64,000 nt of DNA, taken from the IMG/VR virus record IMGVR_UViG_3300026078_000021, positions 51,539-115,538 of that record. One strand, given 5' to 3'. Of the stretch, positions 46,450-55,674 are shown one piece after another (position 1 is the stretch's first letter; every line of letters starts with the position of its first letter). A model generated the notes under the pieces. That model did no database searches, had not been told where the DNA came from, and saw nothing but the letters and a program-made list of their open reading frames with translations. The translations under genes were made by a program, and so were the position numbers. Source of the DNA: a virus. Taxonomy: Duplodnaviria; Heunggongvirae; Uroviricota; Caudoviricetes.

Positions 46450-46636
46450 CGCACACCGTCGAGCGCGTCACACCGCCAGCACGTCGGCCCCGCGTCCTGC
46501 CGCGCCCACGTCCCATCGCTCATGTCCATCCCGCACAAAGCGCGGTCATCATCCCGGCAACACACCCGGTGCACCACGTCCCCGACCTGGTCCCCACCCA
46601 CCGGCGACGGCGAGCGGGCCGGCGCGCATTCAAGGC

Positions 46637-47146
46637 TCACCCGTCCCCCTGCGCTTCCGGGAAACCCCCCGACCCCGAGATCAACCCCCACAGCGACAGT
46701 TCCGTGGCATTGAGCCGACCCGACAGGGCCTTCTCACGCAACTGCGCGAAGCTCAAGCCCAGGTCAGCGAGGGCCGCGCGCGCCATCCTGCGCAGCGCTT
46801 TCATCGCCTTGCTGTCCATCGCGTTGCTGTAGCCACCCCCGGCACTCGGCACGGCCACCCGCGTGATCGGCATCAACACCTGGTGATCCGAACGCCGGTC
46901 ACGCGGCTGGACCGTGACCCACAGCCGGTAACGCGCCTCGTGCGGCTCCAGGCAATACAGGTGCACGTGCCCCGAGAACACCCCGTCCGCGCCCTTGCGC
47001 ATCCGCTGCATGTCCCGCACGAACCAATCCCCGCCCACCGCCGCCAGCTTCGCGGCGGCCAGCGTCGGATGCGATTTGAACTCGCGGCGCCGCGACGGGA
47101 TGCGCGTCGCGAACGGCGGGATGGGAGCGGCTTGGATCAGATCCAT
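46637..47146 (-). CDS. hypothetical protein
   Basis: 169 aa. Confidence 0.4.
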   Translation of the reverse strand: MDLIQAAPIPPFATRIPSRRREFKSHPTLAAAKLAAVGGDWFVRDMQRMRKGADGVFSGHVHLYCLEPHEARYRLWVTVQPRDRRSDHQVLMPITRVAVPSAGGGYSNAMDSKAMKALRRMARAALADLGLSFAQLREKALSGRLNATELSLWGLISGSGGFPEAQGDG

Positions 47147-47203
47147 AACAACAGCCTTCTACTTTGGCTTGACACGCGTGATCCCCCTGTTGGAAACGGC
47201 ATG

Positions 47204-48235
47204 TTATACGGTTGACGCGTAACGCGCCAGCAACACGCGCAGCGCGTACGCCGCCTGCATCGGCACCACCGCGTTGCCCAGCGCCGCGAACTGCGCGTTG
47301 CGCGGCACCCCCGCCACCCCGGTCACCCAGCCCTCGGGCAGGCCCATCATCCACTCCACGAACACCGTACTCAGCCGCCGACCCCCGTCGACCGGCTCCG
47401 GCGCCGCGCGCCCCAGGATCAGCTCCCATCGGCGCACGGCGGCCTCGAACTCACGCCAACGAGGAGGAATTCCACCTGGTCCGCCAGCGTCGGCCCGTGC
47501 CCACCCGCCCGGCGTTTGTCCGGGTGCTGGGAGCCGCCGTTGATCGCCAGTTGCGCCGTCGGCGTCACGAACAAGCGCGGAGATACGTGTCCTGAGATCA
47601 GCCCCCCCCCCCCTCCGTGCTCGCCGCTGCCGTTCGCGTCCGTCGTGCGCGGGGTCGGCAGCAGAGGGCCAGGCGAGGACGAAGATGCGGGCGCGCTGGT
47701 GCGGCGCGCCGACGTCGCTGGCGCGTACACACGTCCATTCCGCATCGAACCCGAGGTCGGCCAGGTCCCCGAGTACAGCGCCGAGTGCCCGCAAAGCGAC
47801 GGCGTCGCGTCCGTCTCCCATGCACCACGGGCAGTGTTCCACGTCGCTGTGGGCTCGCACACTTGTCAATGACCTTACGTTCTCGATGAATACGAGGGAT
47901 GGGCGAAGTTCACCGATCGCCCGCGCGACATGGGACCACACTCCCGAGCGGGTACCCGGCATCAGCCCGACCCGGCGTCCGGCCAGGGAGATGTCCTGGC
48001 AGGGGAACCCGGCGGCGATGATGTCAACGCTTTGCACGCCAGCATAGTCGAGGGTTGTGATGTCCCCATGGTTCGGCACGCCCGGGTGGTGGTGTGCGAG
48101 GATCTGCGCGGCGTACTGCTGTTTGGTTTTCGGCTCGAACTGCGCGTGCCACACCGGTTCGCACCCGATCACCTCGGACAGCGCCATGCCCAGCGCTCCC
48201 ACCCCGGCGCACAGCTCACCCAGCGTCAGCGTCAC
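47204..48235 (-). CDS. DNA (cytosine-5)-methyltransferase; possibly frameshifted or phase-variable in the target-recognition region
   Basis: Motifs I (LCAGVGALGMAL), IV (GFPCQDIS), VI (ENV), VIII (QRARIFVLAW), X (GNAVVP) and a C-terminal EWMMGLPEGW. A poly-C(12) tract lies at 47602-47613. An overlapping frame (47419..47862) encodes LLPTPRTTD...TPTAQ segments. Confidence 0.75.
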   Translation of the reverse strand: MTLTLGELCAGVGALGMALSEVIGCEPVWHAQFEPKTKQQYAAQILAHHHPGVPNHGDITTLDYAGVQSVDIIAAGFPCQDISLAGRRVGLMPGTRSGVWSHVARAIGELRPSLVFIENVRSLTSVRAHSDVEHCPWCMGDGRDAVALRALGAVLGDLADLGFDAEWTCVRASDVGAPHQRARIFVLAWPSAADPAHDGRERQRRARRGGGADLRTRISALVRDADGATGDQRRLPAPGQTPGGWARADAGGPGGIPPRWREFEAAVRRWELILGRAAPEPVDGGRRLSTVFVEWMMGLPEGWVTGVAGVPRNAQFAALGNAVVPMQAAYALRVLLARYASTV

Positions 48236-48608
48236 GCCGTGCCTTCCGCGCCTGTCCGTAGAGTTCGATCAGGTTGCGCCGGGCCGCTTCGCGTGCCGAC
48301 ACCCGCTGCGGGTCGGCCCACCACGCGCTGCCCACCCCGTGCCGTTCGCAGTGCGGATTCCATTCGCGCGCACCGCTGTCCTTCTCGCCGAGCATGACGT
48401 GCCCGCACTGGCAGTCGTCGCTCACGGCATCCCCTCCACGCTCGGCGTCACGCCGCCACCGCCGCGACTCGACCTTCCGACGATGGCGCGGGTCGTTGCC
48501 GCCTCCGCCGCCGCAATCGATCCCCGCGTGGCGGTGGCAGCCAGGGCACTGGATGTAGTAGCGGCCCGCCATGCGCTCCCGGGCGTCGCTGCTACGCGAC
48601 TTGGCCAT
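48216..48608 (-). CDS. hypothetical zinc-binding protein
   Basis: Met 48608; CPGCHRH...CQCGH...HCERH cluster. Confidence 0.4.
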   Translation of the reverse strand: MAKSRSSDARERMAGRYYIQCPGCHRHAGIDCGGGGGNDPRHRRKVESRRWRRDAERGGDAVSDDCQCGHVMLGEKDSGAREWNPHCERHGVGSAWWADPQRVSAREAARRNLIELYGQARKARRDADAG

Positions 48609-48906
48609 CACAACCTCCGAACATTCCGCCCACCTGGGGGTGACAGGTGAAGTTGCAGCGCTGCGACCCGGACACGTGGCAGTCCCCGTTACAGCCATGC
48701 TCGCAATCCCATTCCTCTTCGGCGTCGGGATTGACCGGGTAGTCCGGTGGCGGCTGCGTGCTGTGCCGGTTCCACCGCGCGTCGACCCCGACCTGGCGCA
48801 TGACCCCCGGGGTCAGCAGTCTGACGGCGTCGCCGTTGCGTTTGTGCTTGTGCGGTTTGCACAGCGCGCAACCCTTCCAGCGCGTGTGCGGTGACTGTTT
48901 GACCAT
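48592..48906 (-). CDS. hypothetical Cys-rich protein
   Basis: 104 aa with 10 Cys. Confidence 0.4.
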   Translation of the reverse strand: MVKQSPHTRWKGCALCKPHKHKRNGDAVRLLTPGVMRQVGVDARWNRHSTQPPPDYPVNPDAEEEWDCEHGCNGDCHVSGSQRCNFTCHPQVGGMFGGCDGQVA

Positions 48907-48929
48907 ACCCCTCCGATCCGCACAGGGCC

Positions 48930-49580
48930 CTACCCCATGCCCGCCTGGCGCACCCGCATCGGGATGCTGGCGTCTTTAGCCATGCGTATACACCCTCGTG
49001 TGCCCGGGGATGCGCCGCGCACCCAGGCCAGCATCATGTCCGCCCCGAGATCCACCATCCGCTGGTTGCGCAGCGGCCCCGCCTTGTTGCCCAGCGCGTC
49101 CCACTCGTCTGGTGTCACGGGGTGGGGTTCCTCCAGCACGTTCTCGCGGTGCTGCCGGCACCACATGTGCACGACCCGGTCAGCGCCGCGCCGGGCGCTG
49201 CCGTGCACCACGATCAGTCCTTCCGGGTGGCGTGAGAGCAGGGCGTCGAGGTCGGCGAAGACCGTGCGGGCGTCGATCCATTCGCGCGAGCCCGAGCACA
49301 GTACCCGGTAGCGGGGGTAGCGGGCGTGCTGGAGACGGTTGATCAGGTCGTACCACGCTTCGGCCGGGCTCCAGCCGCGCCCGATCGCACGCGGATAGGC
49401 GGCCAGTTCGTCGGGGTCGGCGAGCAGTTCCGCGACGCGGTCGGGGTGTTCCTTCAGCGCCACGTACGGTTCGCTGCCAGCGTTGCCGGGCGGCTCGGTG
49501 GCGACGATCGTGAGCGGGTAGATCGCGGGCAGGGTGCGTGACGCGTAGCGCGGCGGCTCACCCGTCATCGCCGTCGGCAC
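48930..49580 (-). CDS. SLOG/DprA-like Rossmann-fold protein (DUF2493-like)
   Basis: 'RVLCSGSREWIDARTVFADLDALLSRHPEGLIVVHGSARRGADRVV...GPLRNQRM' pattern. Confidence 0.45.
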   Translation of the reverse strand: MPTAMTGEPPRYASRTLPAIYPLTIVATEPPGNAGSEPYVALKEHPDRVAELLADPDELAAYPRAIGRGWSPAEAWYDLINRLQHARYPRYRVLCSGSREWIDARTVFADLDALLSRHPEGLIVVHGSARRGADRVVHMWCRQHRENVLEEPHPVTPDEWDALGNKAGPLRNQRMVDLGADMMLAWVRGASPGTRGCIRMAKDASIPMRVRQAGMG

Positions 49581-50142
49581 GGTCGCGCCGTCGCGTGCGC
49601 ATCGCCGCGTGGAAGGCGTCGTCCTCCTCGTCCTGCGCGGCGGCCAGCGCGGCGTAACCGTCGCCCTGATCGGCGGCCTGCTTGTCGTCTAGGCGCGTCA
49701 TGCGCTGTTGGCACAGAGTCAGGTAGTGCTCGACTTGTTCGGTGTGCGCGGCCAGGGCCGCCGGTACGTCCTCCAGCGCATCCTCCAGTGTGGCGTAGAC
49801 GATGCCGGCCCAGTGCGGTGCCCAGTTGCCCTCGCCGTCGCGCTCGCCGTTCCACGCGACGTTCGCCTGTCCGTGGATGCGCCAGGTGCCGTCGCGGCGT
49901 TTGCGGACGCGCAGCGCCAGCTCCCATTCCATCTTGCGTGCGTCGTCGGTGAAAACCTCCTGCCATTTGGGCAGGTTCGCCGGCAGGTAGGACAGTTCGG
50001 TGGCGTGACTGAGCAGTTCTTCGGCTCGTTTCAGCTCGTTGACTCCCTCGTCGAGGGCGGCCAGGAACGCGTCGCCGTCGAGCTGTAGGACGCCGTTCTC
50101 ATTGCGTGTGAGCATGTACCACCCCGGGTGTGTGATCGTCAC
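49558..50142 (-). CDS. hypothetical protein
   Basis: 194 aa, acidic. Confidence 0.45.
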   Translation of the reverse strand: MTITHPGWYMLTRNENGVLQLDGDAFLAALDEGVNELKRAEELLSHATELSYLPANLPKWQEVFTDDARKMEWELALRVRKRRDGTWRIHGQANVAWNGERDGEGNWAPHWAGIVYATLEDALEDVPAALAAHTEQVEHYLTLCQQRMTRLDDKQAADQGDGYAALAAAQDEEDDAFHAAMRTRRRDRADGDDG

Positions 50143-50692
50143 AGTGTTGACGGTCGTTACCGTAGTACGTGTGGACCTTGGCGGCCAGGGCGATCACGGC
50201 GGCCTCGTAGCTGGTGGCGCGCACCGTCAGCAGCGTGTCACGCCGCACGCCCTCCGAGGGCTCGCACTGCCTGGGCCACTCGTGCTCCCCGGCCTCCAGC
50301 ATCACCCACGTGGCCCCGCCGCGCCGGTACACGCTGGTCCCGACGCAGCGTTGCACTCCCATCGCGTGCTCCAGGTAGCGCTCATGCAGCCGTGTGGCCG
50401 CCGGCTGCCCCGCGCCGTAGAAGAAGTAGAACATCGGGTGCTCGTTGAGGTAGTGGTAAGCGTTGTGGAAATCCTGCGGCGCCGCTTCGAACGCGCGCAC
50501 GCTCTCGTGCCACTCCTCCAGGCGCACCGCCTGGCATTGGGCGTAGAGGCTTTTCCAGTCCGAGCCGGGGGCCACCAGGTCGTCCGGGGTGCCGATCAGG
50601 AACTCGAACTTCAGGTTCCACTCAGGTTGCGGGTCGGGGTTGTCGCACGCCAGCGGCGGCAGGTTCACCGGTTTACACGTCAGTGGTGGCAT
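50099..50692 (-). CDS. hypothetical protein
   Basis: 197 aa. Confidence 0.45.
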   Translation of the reverse strand: MPPLTCKPVNLPPLACDNPDPQPEWNLKFEFLIGTPDDLVAPGSDWKSLYAQCQAVRLEEWHESVRAFEAAPQDFHNAYHYLNEHPMFYFFYGAGQPAATRLHERYLEHAMGVQRCVGTSVYRRGGATWVMLEAGEHEWPRQCEPSEGVRRDTLLTVRATSYEAAVIALAAKVHTYYGNDRQHCDDHTPGVVHAHTQ

Positions 50693-51125
50693 GTAGCCGT
50701 TCCCCCCAGTGCGCCTGGCCGAAGACCGTCAGGTCGAACAGGGCGCGCATGCGCTCGCCGCGCAGCGCGGCGGGCAGGTTCCAGAACATCTGGCCCAGGG
50801 TGCGTTCGTCGTCGTTGAGGTACGCGGCCAGCGCGCTGGCCGCCCACCATGCCGGGTCCTGCTGCCCGTCGGCGGTGGGGCGCGCGCACCAGCGTGCGCC
50901 GCTCGGCGCCGCCCCGAGTGCGGCGCGGGCCTTCTCCCCGGCGCACACCGTGAGCGCGGACGCGGCGCACACGGTGGGGTGGCGTCCGGCGGCCAGCACC
51001 GATGCGAGGATGTGCGCGCCGCCGAGCGGGTCGCCCCGGTAGGCGGCGGCGACCGCTGAGAGCGTGGCGCTGGTCCACACTGTGATCCGTGTCGCGCCGA
51101 GCGCCGATTGCCCGTCAGGCGGCAT
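50673..51125 (-). CDS. hypothetical protein
   Basis: 150 aa. Confidence 0.4.
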   Translation of the reverse strand: MPPDGQSALGATRITVWTSATLSAVAAAYRGDPLGGAHILASVLAAGRHPTVCAASALTVCAGEKARAALGAAPSGARWCARPTADGQQDPAWWAASALAAYLNDDERTLGQMFWNLPAALRGERMRALFDLTVFGQAHWGERLHATTDV

Positions 51126-51318
51126 GCGCGCTCACCTCCAGTCCGTCGGCGATGGCGCGCAGGGTCGCGCACGGCAGGCTCTCGCGGCACACCCGGCAGG
51201 CGCCCTCGTCCCCGTCGTGCAGTTGGGTCAGGGGGCCGACCACGCCCCACAGCCGGGTGTCGTGGGGGCGCAGTTCGGCGGCGGCGCGGCGCAGCACGGT
51301 GTGCAGCATGCTAGGCAT
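51115..51318 (-). CDS. hypothetical small protein
   Basis: 67 aa with a CRVCRESLPC motif. Confidence 0.3.
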   Translation of the reverse strand: MPSMLHTVLRRAAAELRPHDTRLWGVVGPLTQLHDGDEGACRVCRESLPCATLRAIADGLEVSAHAA

Positions 51319-51673
51319 CGGCGCTCCGGGTGTAGGCGGCGGCGGCGTCGTTGAGCTGGGTGCATTTGCTGTTGGCGGTGGCCAGGGCGATCGCCAGTTC
51401 GCCCTCCCAGTCGGCGGCGTCGCGCGGGATCGCGGCGTGCGGGATGCGCATGATCTGCCGTTCGCCGCCGTCCGGGTGTATCCACGTCTTCACCAGGACG
51501 ATGCGCAGGTCCCCGGCGAGTTCATCGCCTTCGCTCTCCTCGCGCACGTGCCAGCGCGCGGCGCGCTGCGCCTGGGAGACGGCGCGGCTCAGTTTCACCG
51601 TGTTGCGGTGGATCAGGGTGCCGACGAACAGCAGCAGGAACGCGATGCCGGCGAAGACGAACAGGATGTCCAT
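51311..51673 (-). CDS. membrane-anchored hypothetical protein
   Basis: N-terminal TM segment (ILFVFAGIAFLLLFVGTLI). Confidence 0.4.
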   Translation of the reverse strand: MDILFVFAGIAFLLLFVGTLIHRNTVKLSRAVSQAQRAARWHVREESEGDELAGDLRIVLVKTWIHPDGGERQIMRIPHAAIPRDAADWEGELAIALATANSKCTQLNDAAAAYTRSADA

Positions 51674-51679
51674 GGGCCC

Positions 51680-52666
51680 CTATTTCGCTGCGATCGCCAG
51701 GCCGCCGGAGCCGCCGAGCGAGAGGGTGGTGATGTTGCCCGGGAGCGCTTTGAGTTCGTCGATGATCGCGCAGGACGGGCAGGCGTTGTAGCCCTGCTGT
51801 TTCGCCTGGTTGGCTTGCGCCTGGGCCTGGGCCTGGGCGACTTCGGCCTGGGCTTCGGAGACCTTCGCGTAGGCGGCCTGCGCGGCGTTGATCGCGTCTT
51901 GGACGTTGCCGGGCGGGTCGGCGTGGGTGAAGGTGAAGTGCACGCCGGTCAGGTAGCCGCCGCCGAGCTGCGCGGTGATGTCCGCCGGCAGGGTGTTGTT
52001 GATGGCCTGCTGGATGGCGGTGTAGTTGCCGTTGGTGTTGGGGTGCCCGGCCGCGATCGCGGCGACCTGGCTGGGGTCCTTGACCAGGGCGCAGCCGGCG
52101 TCCAGCTGCGCGCAGGTGACGGTGGCCACCTGCTGGCGCAGGTCGTTCTCCAGCACCGGGCGGATCATGGTGTTGACGAACGCGTTCCAGCCGTCCGCGC
52201 CGTCGTAGGCGTGGTAGGCGTGCCCGTCCCAGGTGTACTCGCGGGTGCCGAACTTGTCGTCGAACTTCCCGAGCGTGGGGTGGTCGAGGTCCAGCTGGTA
52301 GTAGAGGGTGCCTTGGATCTGCATCTGCACCCCGTCGCTGGTGGAGGTGGCGATCGTGTCGAAGCCGAGTTTGCCGCCGTTGCCCGGGTCGGCGGTGATC
52401 GAGTAGTCCTGTTGTTGCGCGGGGTAGACGTGCTCGGTGGAGTACAGGCCGGTGAAGGAGACACGGCTGGCCGGGTCGAGGAAGCCGCGCACGTTGCTGT
52501 CGGAGAACACTCCGCCGTTGCGCACGACGGCGATGTGCCCGGCGTCCACGTTGTTCCACGCGGACATGAACGGGATGACGACGACGATCAGCAGGATCAG
52601 GCCGATGACGGCGCCGGCGAGGCAGCCGAAGGCTTTGGCGGGGGAGACCTGTGTGGAGCTGGTCAT
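51680..52666 (-). CDS. SPFH/band-7 (prohibitin/HflK-like) domain membrane protein
   Basis: Met 52666 followed by a TM helix; 'AGHIAVVRNGGVFSD' is an SPFH-core-like segment; Ala/Gln-rich coiled-coil tail. Confidence 0.55.
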   Translation of the reverse strand: MTSSTQVSPAKAFGCLAGAVIGLILLIVVVIPFMSAWNNVDAGHIAVVRNGGVFSDSNVRGFLDPASRVSFTGLYSTEHVYPAQQQDYSITADPGNGGKLGFDTIATSTSDGVQMQIQGTLYYQLDLDHPTLGKFDDKFGTREYTWDGHAYHAYDGADGWNAFVNTMIRPVLENDLRQQVATVTCAQLDAGCALVKDPSQVAAIAAGHPNTNGNYTAIQQAINNTLPADITAQLGGGYLTGVHFTFTHADPPGNVQDAINAAQAAYAKVSEAQAEVAQAQAQAQANQAKQQGYNACPSCAIIDELKALPGNITTLSLGGSGGLAIAAK

Positions 52667-53178
52667 GGTGAGGGCGCGTCCTTGGTCCATGAGGGTGGGA
52701 GGGTGCCGATCGGCCCGGCGTGGCGTGAGTTGGCGTGCATGCACGCGACCGCGTAGAAGCGGCCCCATTTCTCACGTGTGCTGTGCCCGTCGTAGGTCGC
52801 GCCGCGCGGCGCGACCACGCTCGCGATCGGTCCGGTGAACAGGTCCAGGTCGCGTTCGTGGATGTGGAAGCTGACCTGGCCGGCGGGGGAGACCGGCAGC
52901 TCCAGGATCAGTACCTGGTAGCCGGGGGTGGCCTGGTCCTGTGCCCACCAGGCGGGGTATTGGGTGGCGAGTAACGCCAGCAGCCGGGCGCGGTCGCGGT
53001 AGGCCAGGTCGCGTTCCTTGCGCGCGGTCAGCGTGCGTGCGTCGGCGTCGCCGAGCGCGACGGCGACCTGCTCGGTGAACAAGGTGTTGACTTTCCGCAT
53101 GAACACGGGTGTATTCAGCGCGGCGTCGAGTGCGTCAACCATGTCGCGTACGAGTTGCTGGGTGGGCGGTGCGGCCAT
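52663..53178 (-). CDS. hypothetical protein
   Basis: 171 aa. Confidence 0.45.
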   Translation of the reverse strand: MAAPPTQQLVRDMVDALDAALNTPVFMRKVNTLFTEQVAVALGDADARTLTARKERDLAYRDRARLLALLATQYPAWWAQDQATPGYQVLILELPVSPAGQVSFHIHERDLDLFTGPIASVVAPRGATYDGHSTREKWGRFYAVACMHANSRHAGPIGTLPPSWTKDAPSP

Positions 53179-53185
53179 GGTTCTC

Positions 53186-53401
53186 CTAGAAGGGCACGGC
53201 CGGTGAGGCGGCGGCGGTGCAGTCCACGTCGGTGCAGGTCAGGGCGACTAGCCGGGCACCGCGCTGGTGCAGCACGATCGCGGCCATGGCGTCGCGCCCA
53301 CAGCGTGGGCACAGGGCGCCGGGCAGCCAGCCGGTTTCCGGGTCCGGGTGTATCAACGTGTTTGTTGGTGGCCAGAGGATGGCCGGTCCAGGGTAGGGCA
53401 C
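53186..53401 (-). CDS. hypothetical small zinc-ribbon protein
   Basis: 71 aa; CPRCG...CTDVDC. Confidence 0.35.
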   Translation of the reverse strand: MPYPGPAILWPPTNTLIHPDPETGWLPGALCPRCGRDAMAAIVLHQRGARLVALTCTDVDCTAAASPAVPF

Positions 53402-53635
53402 GGGGGCTCCCGCGAAGGGGAAAATGTGTGGCCCAACTCTAGCGTGTCAATGCCAGATGTCAACTGCCGCCTATGGCCGGCAGCCCCCGTTCGCGGGCGA
53501 TGCGCGCGATGGTGGCACGCGCGTTCTTCACCGCTTTACTCTCTCCTGGCCGGTCAGGCAGTGCGAAGAGGAGAACACCGCCGTAGCGCACCTGCCAGCG
53601 GTTGCCGCGCAGTGTGACGTTGTAACCGGCGGCTA

Positions 53636-54113
53636 TCAACTCTTTGACGAGTTTTCGGATAAGTTCGTTGCGTATCTTGGCGGCGCCCACCCCTGGGCCT
53701 CCTCTGCCGTGTCCCACCACCTGTGCGCCGACGGCGCCCGATCGGTGATATATAGCACGACCCGGCGGCTGCCGCCAGAAACCACGCCGCCGGCGGTGAA
53801 AGTCAGGGATAGGAGGTGCTGCGCGTCGTCGTCGCGCAGCACCCCGCTGTCCACCAGCGCCCCGTCCACCAGCGCCTTCGCGGTCGGCGACCAGTTGGCC
53901 GGATCGAAACGGCGGCGGGTGACCGGATACACCACCAGCGCCGCCCACACCCGCTCACACGCCGGCACACCCTGACGACGCGCCTGCCAGCGCCCCCACT
54001 CGCGCAGCGCCAGCACATGCCGTCGGCGCACCGCCCAGTGCATACGCTGGTTGTCGGTCAGCAGCGTCAGGTTCGCGGGCACCACCAGCGCCCACACCAC
54101 AGGCCCACCTCCG
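53636..54113 (-). CDS. rusA: RusA-family Holliday-junction resolvase (start uncertain)
   Basis: 'DPANWSPTAKALVDGALVDSGVLRDDDAQHL' matches the RusA D-x-dN...K...D...DD motif. Confidence 0.5.
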
Positions 54114-54128
54114 GGCCCATGATCCCAC

Positions 54129-54479
54129 CTAATCCATACCTTGACTCTCGGTGCCGGCCAGATCGCGCAGCAGCATGGAGAGGCGGTGATACGCCCGCGA
54201 GTGCAGCGGCACCGCGCAGTGCGCGTCACGCAAGACGTCGAGCACCGCGTCCCACCGCTCGCGCGGCACCACCACCGCGTGCGCGCCGCCGATCAGCGCG
54301 CTGGCGGCCTGCGCGCGCCGGTGCACGCCCAGGCTGCGGTAGGCCGCGCTCAGGGTGCTCTTGACGGTGTGGGGTGAGACCTGCGCCGCGAGCGCGATCT
54401 GCGCGTCGGTCAGGCCGCGCGCCGCGAGCGTGACGAACTCGCGCTGACGGCGCGTCAATGGCTTTACATCTTCGTGCAT
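54129..54479 (-). CDS. LuxR/GerE-type HTH regulator
   Basis: 'LTRRQREFVTLAARGLTDAQIALAAQVSPHTVKSTLSAAYRSLGV'. Confidence 0.7.
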   Translation of the reverse strand: MHEDVKPLTRRQREFVTLAARGLTDAQIALAAQVSPHTVKSTLSAAYRSLGVHRRAQAASALIGGAHAVVVPRERWDAVLDVLRDAHCAVPLHSRAYHRLSMLLRDLAGTESQGMD

Positions 54480-54575
54480 GGCGGAGAAATCAGGCCCCCC
54501 TAGGCTGGAATGTCCCCCCTGGCCCGGTGCACGCGGGTACGCACGTGCCGTCAGAACAGAGGGGACGCGCGCAGT

Positions 54576-54947
54576 CTACCCCAACGCCACCCGCGTGCGC
54601 GCCGCCGCCGCGCGCCACGCCGCCTCCACGCTCAGCGGGATACGCCCCCGCGCCGCGACCGGGTGACCGTTCTCCCGCGCCCACGCGCGGATGGCCGCCA
54701 ACTCCTCGCGCCGCGCCGCCGAGGCCGCGCCGCGCCGCCTGCCCGGCGCCGCCGCGCCCAGGCTCCTGCGCGCGGGCAGGCGGCGCCCGTGCTGCTCCAG
54801 CACGGCGAACTGTTCACGGAACGGACGCCAGTTGCGCTCCGACAGGTCGATCTCCACCGTGCGCCCGTCCACGGTGACCGTGTGCCGCGCCGCCGCCTCA
54901 CCGCCGTCGATGTCGTCGGTGAAACGCACGATCATGGTGTCAGCCAT
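54576..54947 (-). CDS. lsr2: Lsr2-like nucleoid-associated protein
   Basis: Met 54947; 'IVRFTDDIDGGEAAARHTVTVDGRTVEIDLSERN' in the N-domain and 'AIRAWARENGHPVAARGRIP' in the C-domain. Confidence 0.8.
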   Translation of the reverse strand: MADTMIVRFTDDIDGGEAAARHTVTVDGRTVEIDLSERNWRPFREQFAVLEQHGRRLPARRSLGAAAPGRRRGAASAARREELAAIRAWARENGHPVAARGRIPLSVEAAWRAAAARTRVALG

Positions 54948-54987
54948 ATCCGCTCCTTTCCGTAAAACCAGTGAAGAAACCCGGGTG

Positions 54988-55650
54988 CTACTGCGCGCCG
55001 CTCGCGGCACGCAACAGCGACGCCAGCTTGATCCAATCCGTTCGCGGCCACCGCGTCCGGCACCCCCGGCACTCGATCACGTCCACATAGGGGTGCGCGT
55101 ACAGCGCGGTGGCGCACACGTAGCCGTCGGTGGCCACCGTCGGGCACAACCCCACCCGGCGCGTGTCACTGGGCCCCTCCACCTGCGCCCGGCACTGCGC
55201 CACCAACTCGTGCACGTCCTGCGCGAAGCGGCCTGGCTCGCTGGCACCGTCGGCCGCCCACGGCCAGTTCACCGCCAAAAACTGCGCGCAGCCAGCCACG
55301 GTCTGCTGCGCGCTGCCGCGAAACGGCGCCCACGACCACCCCAGCTCCTCGCGCCACACCTGCTCCCACCCCCACAGTGCGCTGGCCATGCCGCCCCACG
55401 CGCGCAGGCTCAGCGGTTCGACCCGCACGTTCAGTTGCCCGAACCTGCTGGAGCGCACCCGCTCGCCCGCGCCGGCGGCCCCGGGCGCCACCACCTGGCC
55501 CAGGCGCTCGTACCAGGTCGGCAGCGAGGCGATCAGCGTTCCCACCCGCTCGCGACAGCCCCGGCACACCCGCGCCCTGCTCCCGCGCCGGCACACCCAA
55601 CACGCGGCCTGCTGCTCGTACTCCAGTTGCGGGCCCTGCGTCTGCGCCAC
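54988..55650 (-). CDS. hypothetical Cys-rich protein
   Basis: 220 aa; CWVCRR...CRGCRER and C-terminal CRGCRTRW. Confidence 0.45.
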   Translation of the reverse strand: MAQTQGPQLEYEQQAACWVCRRGSRARVCRGCRERVGTLIASLPTWYERLGQVVAPGAAGAGERVRSSRFGQLNVRVEPLSLRAWGGMASALWGWEQVWREELGWSWAPFRGSAQQTVAGCAQFLAVNWPWAADGASEPGRFAQDVHELVAQCRAQVEGPSDTRRVGLCPTVATDGYVCATALYAHPYVDVIECRGCRTRWPRTDWIKLASLLRAASGAQ

Positions 55651-55674
55651 CGCGCCTCCCCAGCATGAACGTGT

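Noticed and set aside
46018-46713. 231-aa plus-strand ORF and Gly-rich minus ORF 46154..46516
   Set aside because: Extreme Arg/His/Pro or Gly composition. Only the more protein-like 46162..46449 minus ORF was kept, at low confidence.
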